Part shown: positions 7,466 to 15,183 of the stretch, one piece after another
Numbering within the stretch: the stretch's first letter is position 1
Layout: the number at the start of each line of letters is the position of its first letter
Assembly (NCBI GenBank): GCA_036396255.1
Contig: DASWLF010000374.1
Coordinates: forward strand, 1 to 27,821
Direction of reading: 5' to 3'
From: Desulfobaccales bacterium
GTDB lineage: Bacteria > Desulfobacterota > Desulfobaccia > Desulfobaccales > 0-14-0-80-60-11
DNA length: 27,821 bases
Program-made: the position numbers and the translations under genes
Notes under the pieces: generated by a model
What the model was told of the DNA's origin: nothing
Databases searched by the model: none
Seen by the model: the letters and a program-made list of their open reading frames with translations, nothing else

Positions 7466-9446
7466 AGGGTCTCCCGGAAGGGCAAGGCGAACCGGCCCCC
7501 TTCCGGCCCGGGCGGTCATAAAGGACGGGGCGCCGCCCCCGGGGCTGGTAGAGGTTTTGCCCCAGCCCGGCCAGGCGCTTAAGGCCCCGGGGTTCATCCT
7601 GCCGGTAGACCAGGGTCAGGTGCCGGTCCTTGAACTTTCGCAGGAACCGGGCCTTGACCTGGGCTTCCCTCAGATTCATGGCGGCACAAAGCGGACAGGG
7701 GGCGGCCGGGGTGGCCTGGTTGAGAAACAGCACCGGCGTCGGCAGACCCAGCCGCTGGCAGGCCGCCACCAGGTCTGCCGTCTCCCTGAAGGCCATTTCG
7801 GTGAGCCCGGCCACGACATAAACCGCGGTCCGGTCCGGGTCGCACCACAGCTTCCGGAGTCGCTTTAAGCCCTTGGAAATCCTTACCAGGCGCTGAGAGA
7901 ACCCCGGCATCCGAAAAGCCAACCTGTACTTCAAGAGCACGCCGAAAAAGCCCTTGAGCCACTGGTCCATGATCTCCGGCATTTCCAGGAGGCGGAGCAG
8001 GTGGCCGGTGGGGGCCGCATCCAGGACAAAAAGGTGGAACGGGCCTTGCTCCAGAAAGTCCAGGGTCCGGGTCAAGGCCATGATTTCGTCCAGGCCCGGG
8101 GGCGACAGCTCCAGAAGCTGCTCCAGCGCCCGGCGGTCAAAGGGCAGGTCGAAGCCGCGGCCCAATGGTTCCAGGAAGCGCTCCAGACCCTGGCGAAACT
8201 CCCTTTTGAGGGAGTCCAGTTCCCTGGCCGGGTCCATTTCCATGGCCATGAGAGCCGGCAGGACCCGGGTGGGTTCCGGGCCCAGGCGCATCTTCAGGCA
8301 GTCCGCCAGGGAATGAGCCGGGTCGGTGGAGACGAGCAGGATCTCCTGGCCTTTCAAGTCCTGGGCCAGGCGCAGCGCGGTGGCGCAAGCCAGGGTGGTC
8401 TTGCCCACTCCGCCTTTGCCGGCGAAAATCAGAAACCTGCTCTGGGAGGAGGGGAGAGCCGGGGCGTCCTCCACCCGGGGGGGAAGGGGGAAAATCCTGG
8501 GCGGGGCCGGGGCCTCGCCGGGCATAAGTCTGGCGGCGCTGCCCCAGAATTTCTCCAGAGACTTGCCCCGCACTTCCCACCGGTGCAGCGGCACCCCCCA
8601 GAGATCACATCCGGCCAGGGCCTCGGCGTCGGCAAGCCCCTGGATGATCCGGCGCTGGCGCCGGCGCGCCCCGGTGCACCCCGGGCAAGGGCTTTCGGGG
8701 ATGAGCCGGTTGATCACGATCTCGGAAACCGGCACCTGGAGCCGCTTGAGGGCCTGGAGAAGGTCCAGCGTCTCCTGGACCGCCATCTCCTCGGCCAGCA
8801 TCACCGGCACAAACCGGCAGCGGCCGGGGTCCTTAAGCAGGGCTTCCAGACGCTTTAGAGATTTGGCCAGATCCAGCAGGAAGGCGTCCACTTCATCGGC
8901 CGGGCACGCCCCGTTGAACCGCCTTCTCAGGAAGCGGTGCTTGGCCAGCAAGGTGTCCAGGACCCCCAGCCAGCGGCGGAGCAGCTCCGGCATGGTGAGC
9001 AGCCGCAGGGTGTGGCCGGTGGGGGCGGTGTCCACCACCAGGGTGTCGTATCTCCGGGCTGCCGCCGTCCGGGAGATCTCCAGCAGCGCCATGAGCTCGT
9101 CCAGGCCGGGCAGGGAAAGATCCAGGAAATGGCCCAAGTCCTCCTCGTCCAGAAAGGTGCCACGCAGGGCGATCTCCCGGAGCTTCTGGCGGTGCTCGGC
9201 CTGGAAAGCCGCCAGGGCGCCGCGGGCGTCCAACTCCAGGACGGTCAGGTTGGCAGGCGGGGTCAGGCCGGCGAGGCTGTCCCCCACGGAATGGGCCGGA
9301 TCAGTGGAGATGAGCAGAAAAGCGGCCCGGGGAGAGGAGCGGGCCAGCTGCAAGGCCGCGGCCGTGGCGCAGGTAGTCTTTCCCACCCCGCCTTTACCGC
9401 CGAAGAAGAGCAGCTTGAGGCCATGACCCTCCAAAAAAGTGAGCAT
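7443..9446 (-). CDS. Tandem two-domain ArsA/Get3-family ATPase
   Basis: Two copies each of GKGGVGKT, STDPAHS, PGLDE and D(T/A)APTGH, plus a C-terminal CxxC in each domain (CPGC, CPLC). Confidence 0.92.
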   Translation of the reverse strand: MLTFLEGHGLKLLFFGGKGGVGKTTCATAAALQLARSSPRAAFLLISTDPAHSVGDSLAGLTPPANLTVLELDARGALAAFQAEHRQKLREIALRGTFLDEEDLGHFLDLSLPGLDELMALLEISRTAAARRYDTLVVDTAPTGHTLRLLTMPELLRRWLGVLDTLLAKHRFLRRRFNGACPADEVDAFLLDLAKSLKRLEALLKDPGRCRFVPVMLAEEMAVQETLDLLQALKRLQVPVSEIVINRLIPESPCPGCTGARRRQRRIIQGLADAEALAGCDLWGVPLHRWEVRGKSLEKFWGSAARLMPGEAPAPPRIFPLPPRVEDAPALPSSQSRFLIFAGKGGVGKTTLACATALRLAQDLKGQEILLVSTDPAHSLADCLKMRLGPEPTRVLPALMAMEMDPARELDSLKREFRQGLERFLEPLGRGFDLPFDRRALEQLLELSPPGLDEIMALTRTLDFLEQGPFHLFVLDAAPTGHLLRLLEMPEIMDQWLKGFFGVLLKYRLAFRMPGFSQRLVRISKGLKRLRKLWCDPDRTAVYVVAGLTEMAFRETADLVAACQRLGLPTPVLFLNQATPAAPCPLCAAMNLREAQVKARFLRKFKDRHLTLVYRQDEPRGLKRLAGLGQNLYQPRGRRPVLYDRPGRKGAGSPCPSGRPYVRPIPG

Positions 9447-9635
9447 GTCGTCCCCATCAGATTCTGGTTTGAGAAGCCTGGGGCGCCATCCTCCAAGGCC
9501 TTCCCCCTAGTCACCGGGATTCAGGGGGGGCCGGAGGTGCCCCCGGCCAGGTGAGCGGCGCTGCCGCTCCGGGGTCGGGCCCCCTTTACCCCCCCTCGCA
9601 CCCTCATCCCCCTCGGTTTTCCCCTGCCCCGCCCG

Positions 9636-9875
9636 TCACTGACTCGCATCAGAGGGCTGCATCAGGTCCAGGCGGTCCAGCAGGATTTTCTCCCGGGCGT
9701 CGAACTCTTTTTCGGTAATCTGGCCGGTTTCCAGCCGCATATAGAGCTCGCTCAATTCGGCGGTTATGGCTTCCGAGGCCCCGGCCTGCTCCTCTTGGGC
9801 CGCGTTGTACACTTCTTTAAAAATCCAAAAAATGCCGCGGAAGGGAGCAGTCAGAAGGTCGTCGATGATCAGCAT
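9636..9875 (-). CDS. gvpG: Gas vesicle protein GvpG
   Basis: MLIIDDLLTAPFRGIFWIFKEV...LSELYMRLETGQITEKEFDAREKILLDRL. ATG at 9875 with an AAGGA SD. Confidence 0.9.
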   Translation of the reverse strand: MLIIDDLLTAPFRGIFWIFKEVYNAAQEEQAGASEAITAELSELYMRLETGQITEKEFDAREKILLDRLDLMQPSDASQ

Positions 9876-9901
9876 CTCATTTCCTTTATCGGCCGGGCGG
9901 C

Positions 9902-10657
9902 TCACAACTTGAGGTCCAGGTCCACAAAGTTGTGGGGGGCCCAGGGGCCGTTGTAGTCAAAGGCGAAATTGTTGTCAAAGAGCCGGGCCGCCTCGAAGAC
10001 GTCCGCCTCGAAGGCCGCCTCAGCCTCCCGGTCCACCAGGCAGGCCAGGTTCATGACTTCGGACTCCACCCGGCAGCGGTTGCGCTTGATCTCCCGGCAG
10101 GAGTGGGCCAGGGCCTCTTCCACCTGGGTGGTGTAGAGTTCCCGGTCCTCGTGCAGCAGGCGGTCAAAGAGGCGGCCCAGCTCCAGCTTGTCTTCCTGGG
10201 AGGGGTGCCGCTGGGGGCCCAGCAGCCGGTCCCGGGCGGCCCGCAGCCCCGTATGGGTGGTGACGAAATATTCGAAGATATTGGGAACGTCCCAGGAGAC
10301 CCGCAGCCCCATCTCCATCTTTCCGGCCACGCGCCCCAGTTGCTGGAGGAAAGCCTTCTGGTTGCGGGAGAGGATCCTCTTCACGGCTTTGGGCCCCTCG
10401 GCGATGATGCCGAAGGACATGGGAAGCATGGCCGGCGTGCCTTTCATCAGGCCCTGGAGGACGGTCTGCTGGGCCGCCAGATGACGGCGCTCCGGACGGA
10501 GCCGCTCCAGGGGGAGATCGCTGACCACCGCGGCCACTTTCCCATTGGTGATGGTGTAAACCGGTTTCCCTTCCAGGCCCTTAAAGGCATAAACCTGCTC
10601 CACCGGGCCGGGCACCACCGCGTATAGGTATCTGCCGCTTTTCGCTAGCTGGGTCAT
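9902..10657 (-). CDS. gvpF: GvpF/GvpL-family gas vesicle protein (GvpF1-like)
   Basis: GRYLYAVV..., MLPMSFGII, EMGLRVSW, MNLACLV and GPWAPHNFV. Confidence 0.92.
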   Translation of the reverse strand: MTQLAKSGRYLYAVVPGPVEQVYAFKGLEGKPVYTITNGKVAAVVSDLPLERLRPERRHLAAQQTVLQGLMKGTPAMLPMSFGIIAEGPKAVKRILSRNQKAFLQQLGRVAGKMEMGLRVSWDVPNIFEYFVTTHTGLRAARDRLLGPQRHPSQEDKLELGRLFDRLLHEDRELYTTQVEEALAHSCREIKRNRCRVESEVMNLACLVDREAEAAFEADVFEAARLFDNNFAFDYNGPWAPHNFVDLDLKL

Positions 10658-10752
10658 AATCTCACCTGCATGTTCTTGGATTGGGAGGTGGGCGCCTGAG
10701 GACCACCCCCTGCCCGCTTCCGCCCCGGCCGACTAAGGTCTGCCCCCGGGTT

Positions 10753-10947
10753 TCAGATGGCGGCGCCTTCGCCCCATACCCCTGGGCGGGGCACCATTTT
10801 CACAAATCTGACGGTTTTGAGATTGCCCTCTTCGGTCTTGATCTCCAGCAGGGCCGTGCATGCAAAGCACTTGACCTGCCCCTCGAAGTCATCGTAGGCG
10901 TCATCCAGGTCCACTTTGTGTCCGCAGGAAAGGCAGTTAATTCTCAT
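10753..10947 (-). CDS. Small Zn-ribbon protein (CxxC-x18-CxxC)
   Basis: MRINCLSCGHKVDLDDAYDDFEGQVKCFACTALLEI. GAGGAG SD. Tightly packed in the operon. Confidence 0.8.
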   Translation of the reverse strand: MRINCLSCGHKVDLDDAYDDFEGQVKCFACTALLEIKTEEGNLKTVRFVKMVPRPGVWGEGAAI

Positions 10948-10970
10948 GTTCTCTACTCCTCAGGAGGCCG

Positions 10971-11336
10971 TTAGACGATTCCCTGGCCCTTGCAGGCGTG
11001 GCAGTAAAAGATGCCGTCGGCGCCGGTGCCCCGACACCTGGGGCAGATCCTGGCTTCCGGGCGCACCGGCACCACTCCCTGGCCCCGGCAGGCCAGGCAG
11101 ACCAAATCCCCCGCGGCCCGTCCGGAGCCGGCGCACCGCCGGCAGGTAACGATGGGCGGTGCGGTCTTGATCTCCCCGGCCCCCCCGCAGACGGGACAGC
11201 CGGAGGCGCCGCCGTAGATGGGGTCCTCCCCGGTGCCGCGGCAGTAGGCGCAGGGCACCAGGTCCACGAACCGCATGAGCGTCGAGCCGCCGGCGTTAGG
11301 GCCGAATCGGCTCAGGACTTTCAGGGCATAACCCAT
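10971..11336 (-). CDS. Stand-alone DnaJ-type cysteine-rich Zn-finger protein (6 x CxxCxGxG, no J domain)
   Basis: CAYCRGTG, CPVCGGAG, CRRCAGSG, CLACRGQG, CPRCRGTG, CHACKGQG. Start is at ATG 11336 (MGYA) or 11276 (MRFV). The longer ORF-track call to 12113 overlaps other genes. Confidence 0.82.
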   Translation of the reverse strand: MGYALKVLSRFGPNAGGSTLMRFVDLVPCAYCRGTGEDPIYGGASGCPVCGGAGEIKTAPPIVTCRRCAGSGRAAGDLVCLACRGQGVVPVRPEARICPRCRGTGADGIFYCHACKGQGIV

Positions 11337-11557
11337 GGGGCCCCTTGCCTCTGCAGACGGCAGTACCAGAGGTGCTCCCCCCACCCCTGGGCCAGCCAGC
11401 GGCGCCGCCATTCCCTCTGGGCCAGGGCCGCCTCCTCCTGAAAGAGCCGGCGCCGTTCGGCCAGCTCCCGGGAGACCCCCGTGGAAGTGCGGCAGACCCG
11501 GAAGCCTTTGAGATGCCGCCCGGTCCTGAGATGGTGGGAATTCTTGAGGGTGAGCAT
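11321..11557 (-). CDS. Hypothetical basic protein, 78 aa
   Basis: AAGGA SD 7 nt before the ATG. Starts 15 nt after the gvpV-like stop and fills the gap exactly. N-terminus MLTLKNSHHLRTGRHLKGFRV, followed by a charged helix. Confidence 0.65.
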   Translation of the reverse strand: MLTLKNSHHLRTGRHLKGFRVCRTSTGVSRELAERRRLFQEEAALAQREWRRRWLAQGWGEHLWYCRLQRQGAPWVMP

Positions 11558-11572
11558 AACCGTATCCTTTTC

Positions 11573-11866
11573 TCAATACCTGATCTTGAAGCCCTGGGGG
11601 CCGCGGCGCCTGGCCCGGGGCTGGGCATAGTCGCAGTCCCCCTCTCCCATGGCCTGGAGCAGGGAGGTTTTCTCCGCCTCGATCTCGCTGAGGCGCGCCG
11701 CGATGTCGCTCATCCTTTGCCGGGCGCTCTCGCTTTCCCGGGTGCGCCGGGCCTTTTCCAACTCGATGTGGCTGATGCGCAGATAAGCCATGTAAGGCAC
11801 GGTGGCTTTGCCCACCCGGCCCGACAGGGTCCGGAGGTCCTGGAGTCCTCGGCGGGGGATGCTCAT
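11573..11866 (-). CDS. gvpV: GvpV-like coiled-coil gas vesicle protein
   Basis: MSIPRRGLQDLRTLSG...YMAYLRISHIELEKARR...LSEIEAEK. AAGGAGG SD. Immediately after gvpN, the gvpV position. The symbol rests partly on synteny. Confidence 0.65.
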   Translation of the reverse strand: MSIPRRGLQDLRTLSGRVGKATVPYMAYLRISHIELEKARRTRESESARQRMSDIAARLSEIEAEKTSLLQAMGEGDCDYAQPRARRRGPQGFKIRY

Positions 11867-11880
11867 ACCTTCCCTCCTTT

Positions 11881-12858
11881 CTAAGCGGGGCCGGGGGGGG
11901 AGCCGTCGCAGACCGCGGCGATGACTTCGTCCACCTTGCCCCCCATGAGTGACTGTCCCGCCCGGGTGACCTTGGCGGTGTCGGCGTTGAGCACGTCCCG
12001 GCAGGCCCAGTGAAAGACGGGGTCGTGCAGCCGGGCCCGGCCCCCCCGGTGGGCCAGAATCCGGGCGATGGCGATGCAGGCCCGCACCGTGGGCCGGTGG
12101 TTGTTGACCCCAAAACCCCGGAGCTCCCGCACCACGTTCACGATGGCCTCGGCATCCGCCCGGCCAATGCCGGACCTGGCTATGGCGATCTGGACCTCGG
12201 TTTCCCGGTCGAAGTGGCCGAGAGCGACGGTGATGAGCCGGTCCAGGAGGGCGTCCTGGGTCTTGTGCACCCCGGCGTACTCCTCGGGATTGGAGGTGAA
12301 GATGGCCCGGAACTCCGGGTGCACTTCCAGGTAGCCGCCGCCGTTGCGGCTCATATTGGGGAGGTTGAGAATCCTTTCCTCCAGGATGCTGAGCAGGGCG
12401 TTGTTGGCCTCGGGGCGGGACCGGGTGAATTCGTCGTAGATGAGGGTATAGCCCTCCTTGCAGGCCGTGGTCAGGCGGTTGTCCATCCACAGCACATTCA
12501 TGGATTCTTCCGTCTTCAGGACGGAATGGATGAAATTGTCGATGAGCTTCTGTTTGCGGTAGCCGGCGTGCCGGCCCACCAGGTCGGAGCTGCCGAACTC
12601 GTCGTCCCCGTGGATCAGGGTGACGGGCCGCCGCAGCTGCGCCGCCACGTGGAAGGCCAGGGTCGTTTTCCCGGTCCCGGCGGAGCCGGCAAAGTGGACG
12701 GGGTAGCCCACCTCCAGATACGCCAGGGCCCGGTCGGTGAGCTCCTGGACATAGGGCGTATAGACAAATTCCGAACTGGCCTCGGGAGAAATCTGGTCCT
12801 CAGGGTCTGGAACGTTCACCGTGGCCGCGGACAACCTCCTTACCTTCTTACCACCCAT
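11881..12858 (-). CDS. gvpN: Gas vesicle AAA+ ATPase GvpN
   Basis: Walker A GSAGTGKT, LIYDEFTRSRPEANN, TSNPEEYAGVHKTQDALLDR. AGGAG SD. Confidence 0.96.
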   Translation of the reverse strand: MGGKKVRRLSAATVNVPDPEDQISPEASSEFVYTPYVQELTDRALAYLEVGYPVHFAGSAGTGKTTLAFHVAAQLRRPVTLIHGDDEFGSSDLVGRHAGYRKQKLIDNFIHSVLKTEESMNVLWMDNRLTTACKEGYTLIYDEFTRSRPEANNALLSILEERILNLPNMSRNGGGYLEVHPEFRAIFTSNPEEYAGVHKTQDALLDRLITVALGHFDRETEVQIAIARSGIGRADAEAIVNVVRELRGFGVNNHRPTVRACIAIARILAHRGGRARLHDPVFHWACRDVLNADTAKVTRAGQSLMGGKVDEVIAAVCDGSPPGPA

Positions 12859-13162
12859 GTATCAGCTCCTGTAACCTTGGTTTTTCCGGGCATTCGCTTC
12901 ACCCTGGCGGGGGGGCGCAGGCCCAGCCGCCCGCAGCCTCCGTCGAGAGCCTGGTACGGGCCCTGCCCATCCCTAACAACGGCAAATTGGCCGGTTTCCT
13001 TTAATACTTTTTTATCAGGGGCAGTCGGAATCAGGAAAGGAACCAACCACCCCACCGGCGCGGGTTCGGGGGCCCCCGGGCTGCCGTGGCCGGGGAACCT
13101 GCCGGAGTTCCGCCGGCCCGGGGCTGCCGGGAGTCCAGGCTGGGTTGCCTGGCCGCCCTGGC

Positions 13163-13588
13163 TTAGCCTTGGGGCTTTTTCCGATCCCGGCCGGCCGGAC
13201 GCTTCTTGGCGGCCGGCCCGCCGCCCGGTTTGCCTCCTTTGGCCGCAGGGCGCCTGGCAGCATCCCCGGTTTTCGGGGAGGTCTGCCGGACCGGTTCCCT
13301 GGCTGGCTTCGGCCCCTGGCTGGTGGCAGGCCCGAACCAGGCCCGGTGGGCGCCTTTCAGGTCCAGAAAGTTGTCCTGACGCAGGCCGGCCACCGACATC
13401 TTCAGATCCAATACCGCCTTGGCCCGCCCTTCCCTGGTCTCCCGGGACATCTGCTCGTGGGCCTGGCGGAACCCGGCCTTCAGTTGCGCCACAGTGCGCA
13501 CCAGGTCCTGCACGAAGGCCTGGCGCAGACCGCGCAGCGCCACAATCTCTCCGCATAACCGGGTCATGTCATCGGTTAAGGAACCCAT
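13163..13588 (-). CDS. gvpC: GvpC-like protein with a basic Pro/Ala/Gly-rich C-terminal tail
   Basis: MGSLTDDMTRL...DLKGAHRAWFG resembles proteobacterial GvpC termini as I recall them. Directly after gvpA. Confidence 0.7.
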   Translation of the reverse strand: MGSLTDDMTRLCGEIVALRGLRQAFVQDLVRTVAQLKAGFRQAHEQMSRETREGRAKAVLDLKMSVAGLRQDNFLDLKGAHRAWFGPATSQGPKPAREPVRQTSPKTGDAARRPAAKGGKPGGGPAAKKRPAGRDRKKPQG

Positions 13589-13620
13589 TTTTCACTCCTT
13601 GTGCATTCTCAAGGGGCCGG

Positions 13621-13683
13621 CCGGGGGCCTGCCTTGGTGCAGGCGCCCCGGAGTCCCCTGGAGGGAGGGGCCGGGCCCCTCCC
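13621..13683 (-). other. Two GC-rich stem-loops 3' of gvpA copy 2
   Basis: GGGAGGGGC/GCCCCTCCC (13663-13683) and a bulged stem at 13621-13651. No U-tract. Confidence 0.6.
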
Positions 13684-13708
13684 GGGAGAAGGATTAGGTC
13701 AGAATGCC

Positions 13709-13927
13709 TTAGGCCGGAGCCGCGGCGCTGGCCGTCAGGCCGATGGCTTCGGCGTACTTCAGGTAGGTCTCCACCGAGGCGATGACCACCCGGGCTTCGA
13801 TGGACAGCAGTTCGATGCCCACCAGCGCCACCTTGACCCAAGCGTCGATGACAATGCCCTTATCCAGGATGCGATCCACTACTTCCGCCAGGCTGGAGGA
13901 ATCGGTGGATTTCTGTACTTTGGCCAT
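13709..13927 (-). CDS. gvpA: Major gas vesicle structural protein GvpA, copy 2
   Basis: [55 protein letters not shown]. Confidence 0.98.
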   Translation of the reverse strand: MAKVQKSTDSSSLAEVVDRILDKGIVIDAWVKVALVGIELLSIEARVVIASVETYLKYAEAIGLTASAAAPA

Positions 13928-13986
13928 GATCGGTCTCCTTTGCGATTTTGTGGCGGCGTTATCTCATCAGGGCGCTTCGGCCGGGC

Positions 13987-14250
13987 TCACTTGCCGCACC
14001 AGGCCCGGCGGGCCCCATCCAGGTCCGCAGCAAAGGCCTGCCGCAGGCCGGCCACGGTCTTCTTCAGATTGGCAAAATTCCTGGCCCGTTCCGACTTGCT
14101 TCTCCGGGCCATGTCATGGTGGTGGCGGCGCAAGGACGCCTTCAGGGTGGCCACGTCGCGGCGCAGGTGCTTGACAAAGGAATGTCGCGCCCCCCGCATG
14201 GCCACGATCTCTCCACACAACCGAGTCATATCGTCGGTTAAGTGACCCAT
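13987..14250 (-). CDS. gvpC: Short GvpC-like protein
   Basis: MGHLTDDMTRL...DLDGARRAWCGK. ATG at 14250 with an AAGGAG SD. 50/87 identical to the 13163-13588 product, ungapped. Confidence 0.7.
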   Translation of the reverse strand: MGHLTDDMTRLCGEIVAMRGARHSFVKHLRRDVATLKASLRRHHHDMARRSKSERARNFANLKKTVAGLRQAFAADLDGARRAWCGK

Positions 14251-14334
14251 AGGGTTTCTCCTTCTTCTCCGTCGTCGGTTTTTTCTGGCTGCCCCCAACC
14301 TCCCGGCCTCATTGCCGGGGCCGGGGATACCAGC

Positions 14335-14363
14335 CTTCCCGGGAGGGGTCGCCTCCCGGGAAG
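14335..14363 (-). other. 12-bp stem-loop 3' of gvpA copy 1
   Basis: CTTCCCGGGAGG-N5-CCTCCCGGGAAG, perfect. A second 6-bp stem lies at 14302-14319. No U-tract. Confidence 0.7.
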
Positions 14364-14370
14364 CGGTTCC

Positions 14371-14589
14371 TTACGCCGGAGCGGCTGCGCTGGCGGTGAG
14401 GCCGATGGCCTCGGCGTACTTCAGATAGGTCTCCACCGAGGCGATGACCACCCGGGCCTCAATGGACAGCAGTTCGATGCCCACCAACGCCACCTTGACC
14501 CAGGCATCGATGACGATGCCTTTATCCAGAATGCGATCCACTACTTCCGCCAGGCTGGAGGAATCCGTGGATTTCTGCACCTTTGCCAT
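14371..14589 (-). CDS. gvpA: Major gas vesicle structural protein GvpA, copy 1
   Basis: Protein identical to copy 2. GGAGG SD. Confidence 0.98.
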   Translation of the reverse strand: MAKVQKSTDSSSLAEVVDRILDKGIVIDAWVKVALVGIELLSIEARVVIASVETYLKYAEAIGLTASAAAPA

Positions 14590-14626
14590 GTTGAACCTCC
14601 TTCGTTACCCGTTAGTTTTAGAAGAA

Positions 14627-14640
14627 TCAGGCATGCCTGA
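14627..14640. promoter_or_regulatory. Perfect 14-bp palindrome at the predicted gvpA transcription start
   Basis: TCAGGCATGCCTGA is self-complementary. Confidence 0.45.
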
Positions 14641-14650
14641 CGTATTGTGG

Positions 14651-14666
14651 TCCAAGAACCATGCCA
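14651..14666 (-). promoter_or_regulatory. Sigma54-type (-24/-12) promoter of the gvpA operon
   Basis: Minus strand TGGCATGGTTCTTGGA gives GG-N10-GG, near the TGGCAC-N5-TTGC consensus but with G instead of C at -12. A GAFTGA activator is encoded in the cluster. Confidence 0.65.
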
Positions 14667-14761
14667 CAACTAAAAATAAAAAATCTTGTGTCTAAGTAAC
14701 AATAATGATTACGATTTCAGATTGTCGCCGAACCTGCCCAGGCGCCATTGATGAAAGCAAT

Positions 14762-14781
14762 CTATGGAATGAATTCCATAG
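14762..14781. promoter_or_regulatory. Perfect dyad, candidate upstream activator site
   Basis: CTATGGAAT-GA-ATTCCATAG, about 100 bp upstream of the -24 element, with an AT-rich tract between. Confidence 0.55.
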
Positions 14782-14796
14782 TATAGAAGTCACGCC

Positions 14797-15183
14797 TTAC
14801 ATTGCCACGGCCTTTAAAATTTCCTCCTGCTGAAAAGGCTTGCTGATGAAACTATTGATCAGCCCCTGGGACAACGCCTGTTGAATGGCAACATCGTCCC
14901 GGTAAAAGTAACCGGAGACCAGGACCACGGCCATGGACGGCTCTAATTTCCGCATTTGCCTGGCCAGGTCCAGGCCGTCCACGTCCGGTAACTTGACGTC
15001 CACGAAAGCCAGAAAGAAACGATGTTGTTTCATCAAGTCAAGAGCCTTAATGCCACTTAAAGCTTTCTTAGTGTTAAATCCATTTTTATTTAAAATGTGT
15101 TCCAGGACCCAGCACATGTCCGGTTCGTCATCCACAATGAGGAGTAGTCTGGCGGCAGCCACAGCCTTGCCCCCGGTCTTCAC
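14797..15183 (-). CDS. Single-domain response regulator (GvrC-like by synteny)
   Basis: LIVDDEPD, AFVDVKLPDVDG and FISKPF. GTGA overlap with the kinase. Confidence 0.9.
   Translation of the reverse strand: MKTGGKAVAAARLLLIVDDEPDMCWVLEHILNKNGFNTKKALSGIKALDLMKQHRFFLAFVDVKLPDVDGLDLARQMRKLEPSMAVVLVSGYFYRDDVAIQQALSQGLINSFISKPFQQEEILKAVAM

Noticed and set aside
7443-9446. Arsenic resistance locus
   Set aside because: There is no arsB/acr3/arsC/arsR, the metalloid-binding Cys motifs are replaced by PGLDE, and the gene is embedded in the gvp operon.
10667-10680. TGCATGTTCTTGGA resembles the gvpA sigma54 motif
   Set aside because: It is on the antisense strand and lacks the GG-N10 spacing, so it cannot be a -24/-12 promoter. 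Probably chance.
10971-12113. 380-aa ORF-track call
   Set aside because: The upstream two-thirds overlap gvpN, gvpV and the 78-aa gene in other frames and are low-complexity. Only the Cys-rich C-terminal part is credible.
12010-13785. 591-aa plus-strand ORF and similar long antisense ORFs (e.g. 116-1165, 3680-4888, 15486-16736, 18330-19586, 21968-23428)
   Set aside because: These are shadow frames opposite real genes, expected at high GC, with no domain signatures.
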